A stretch of DNA of 35,705 bases, from contig JAILCX010000070.1 of assembly GCA_024690205.1 (NCBI GenBank), positions 1 to 35,705 of the forward strand, read 5' to 3'. This document shows positions 35,564-35,705 of the stretch, piece after piece (within the stretch, counting starts at the first letter, position 1; each line of letters starts with the position of its first letter). The notes below the pieces were generated by a model, which saw nothing but the letters and a program-made list of their open reading frames with translations, was not told where the DNA came from and searched no databases. Origin of the DNA: Lachnospiraceae bacterium. GTDB lineage: Bacteria; Bacillota; Clostridia; Lachnospirales; Lachnospiraceae. Made by a program: the position numbers and the translations under genes.

Positions 35564-35705
35564 TAATGTCTGAAAGTTATTTCGCCTGTCACATCATCCA
35601 TGGCATCAACGATCGCCAAAGACTCTACTCTTATGCCCTTTTCTCTAAGGCGCTTGCCTCCGTCCTGGAATCCTTTTTCAATGATGATCCCGACGCCCTC
35701 AAGGG
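35564..35705 (-). CDS. 3' end of an unidentified gene running in from the right edge (partial).
   Basis: The reverse complement translates as ...[46 protein letters not shown], with the stop codon at 35564-35566. Too short to assign a family. Confidence 0.35.

Overview
This window looks like a low-GC (~42%) Firmicutes/Clostridia-type chromosomal segment. It is mostly housekeeping backbone: rlmD, pcrA, xth, yerC, cspA-like, fbp class III, dapB-dapA and valS. Several accessory modules are inserted into it. (1) At the left edge there is a defence islet on the minus strand: the 5' end of a type I R-M hsdM running off the window, a TIM-barrel protein resembling AP-endonuclease family 2 (Nfo/UvdE), a canonical GmrSD type IV restriction enzyme (DUF262 DGQQR plus DUF1524 EHIFPQ) fused to a DUF4268-like tail, and a 119-aa orphan. 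An imperfect ~30-bp direct repeat sits at the junction with rlmD. (2) There are two paralogous membrane clusters, each built around an SPFH/band-7 protein carrying C-terminal tandem zinc ribbons (COG4260/YdjI-like), plus zinc-ribbon and multi-TM partner proteins. One lies at 9032-11541 and the other at 31610-34326, and neither has pspA. (3) An envelope O-acylation cluster (SGNH hydrolase, DUF4358-like lipoprotein, MBOAT AlgI/DltB-like, DHHW-motif DltD/AlgJ-like) lies at 25389-29764, followed by two unrelated lipoprotein genes. (4) The most unusual sequence-level signal is a family of repeats with core GGGGACGGTTCTCTTTGA. It occurs six times at four intergenic loci, twice as convergent inverted pairs that would fold into ~23-bp-stem hairpins. 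Those two pairs sit inside a ~200-bp module (hairpin + RBS + lipoprotein signal peptide) that is duplicated at the nucleotide level in front of two unrelated lipoprotein genes. No rRNA, tRNA, CRISPR array, transposase or integrase was recognised. All functional calls come from motif recognition by eye and no database searches were run. Several ORF-track starts are TTG/alternative starts and were re-set to ATG codons with visible Shine-Dalgarno sequences.
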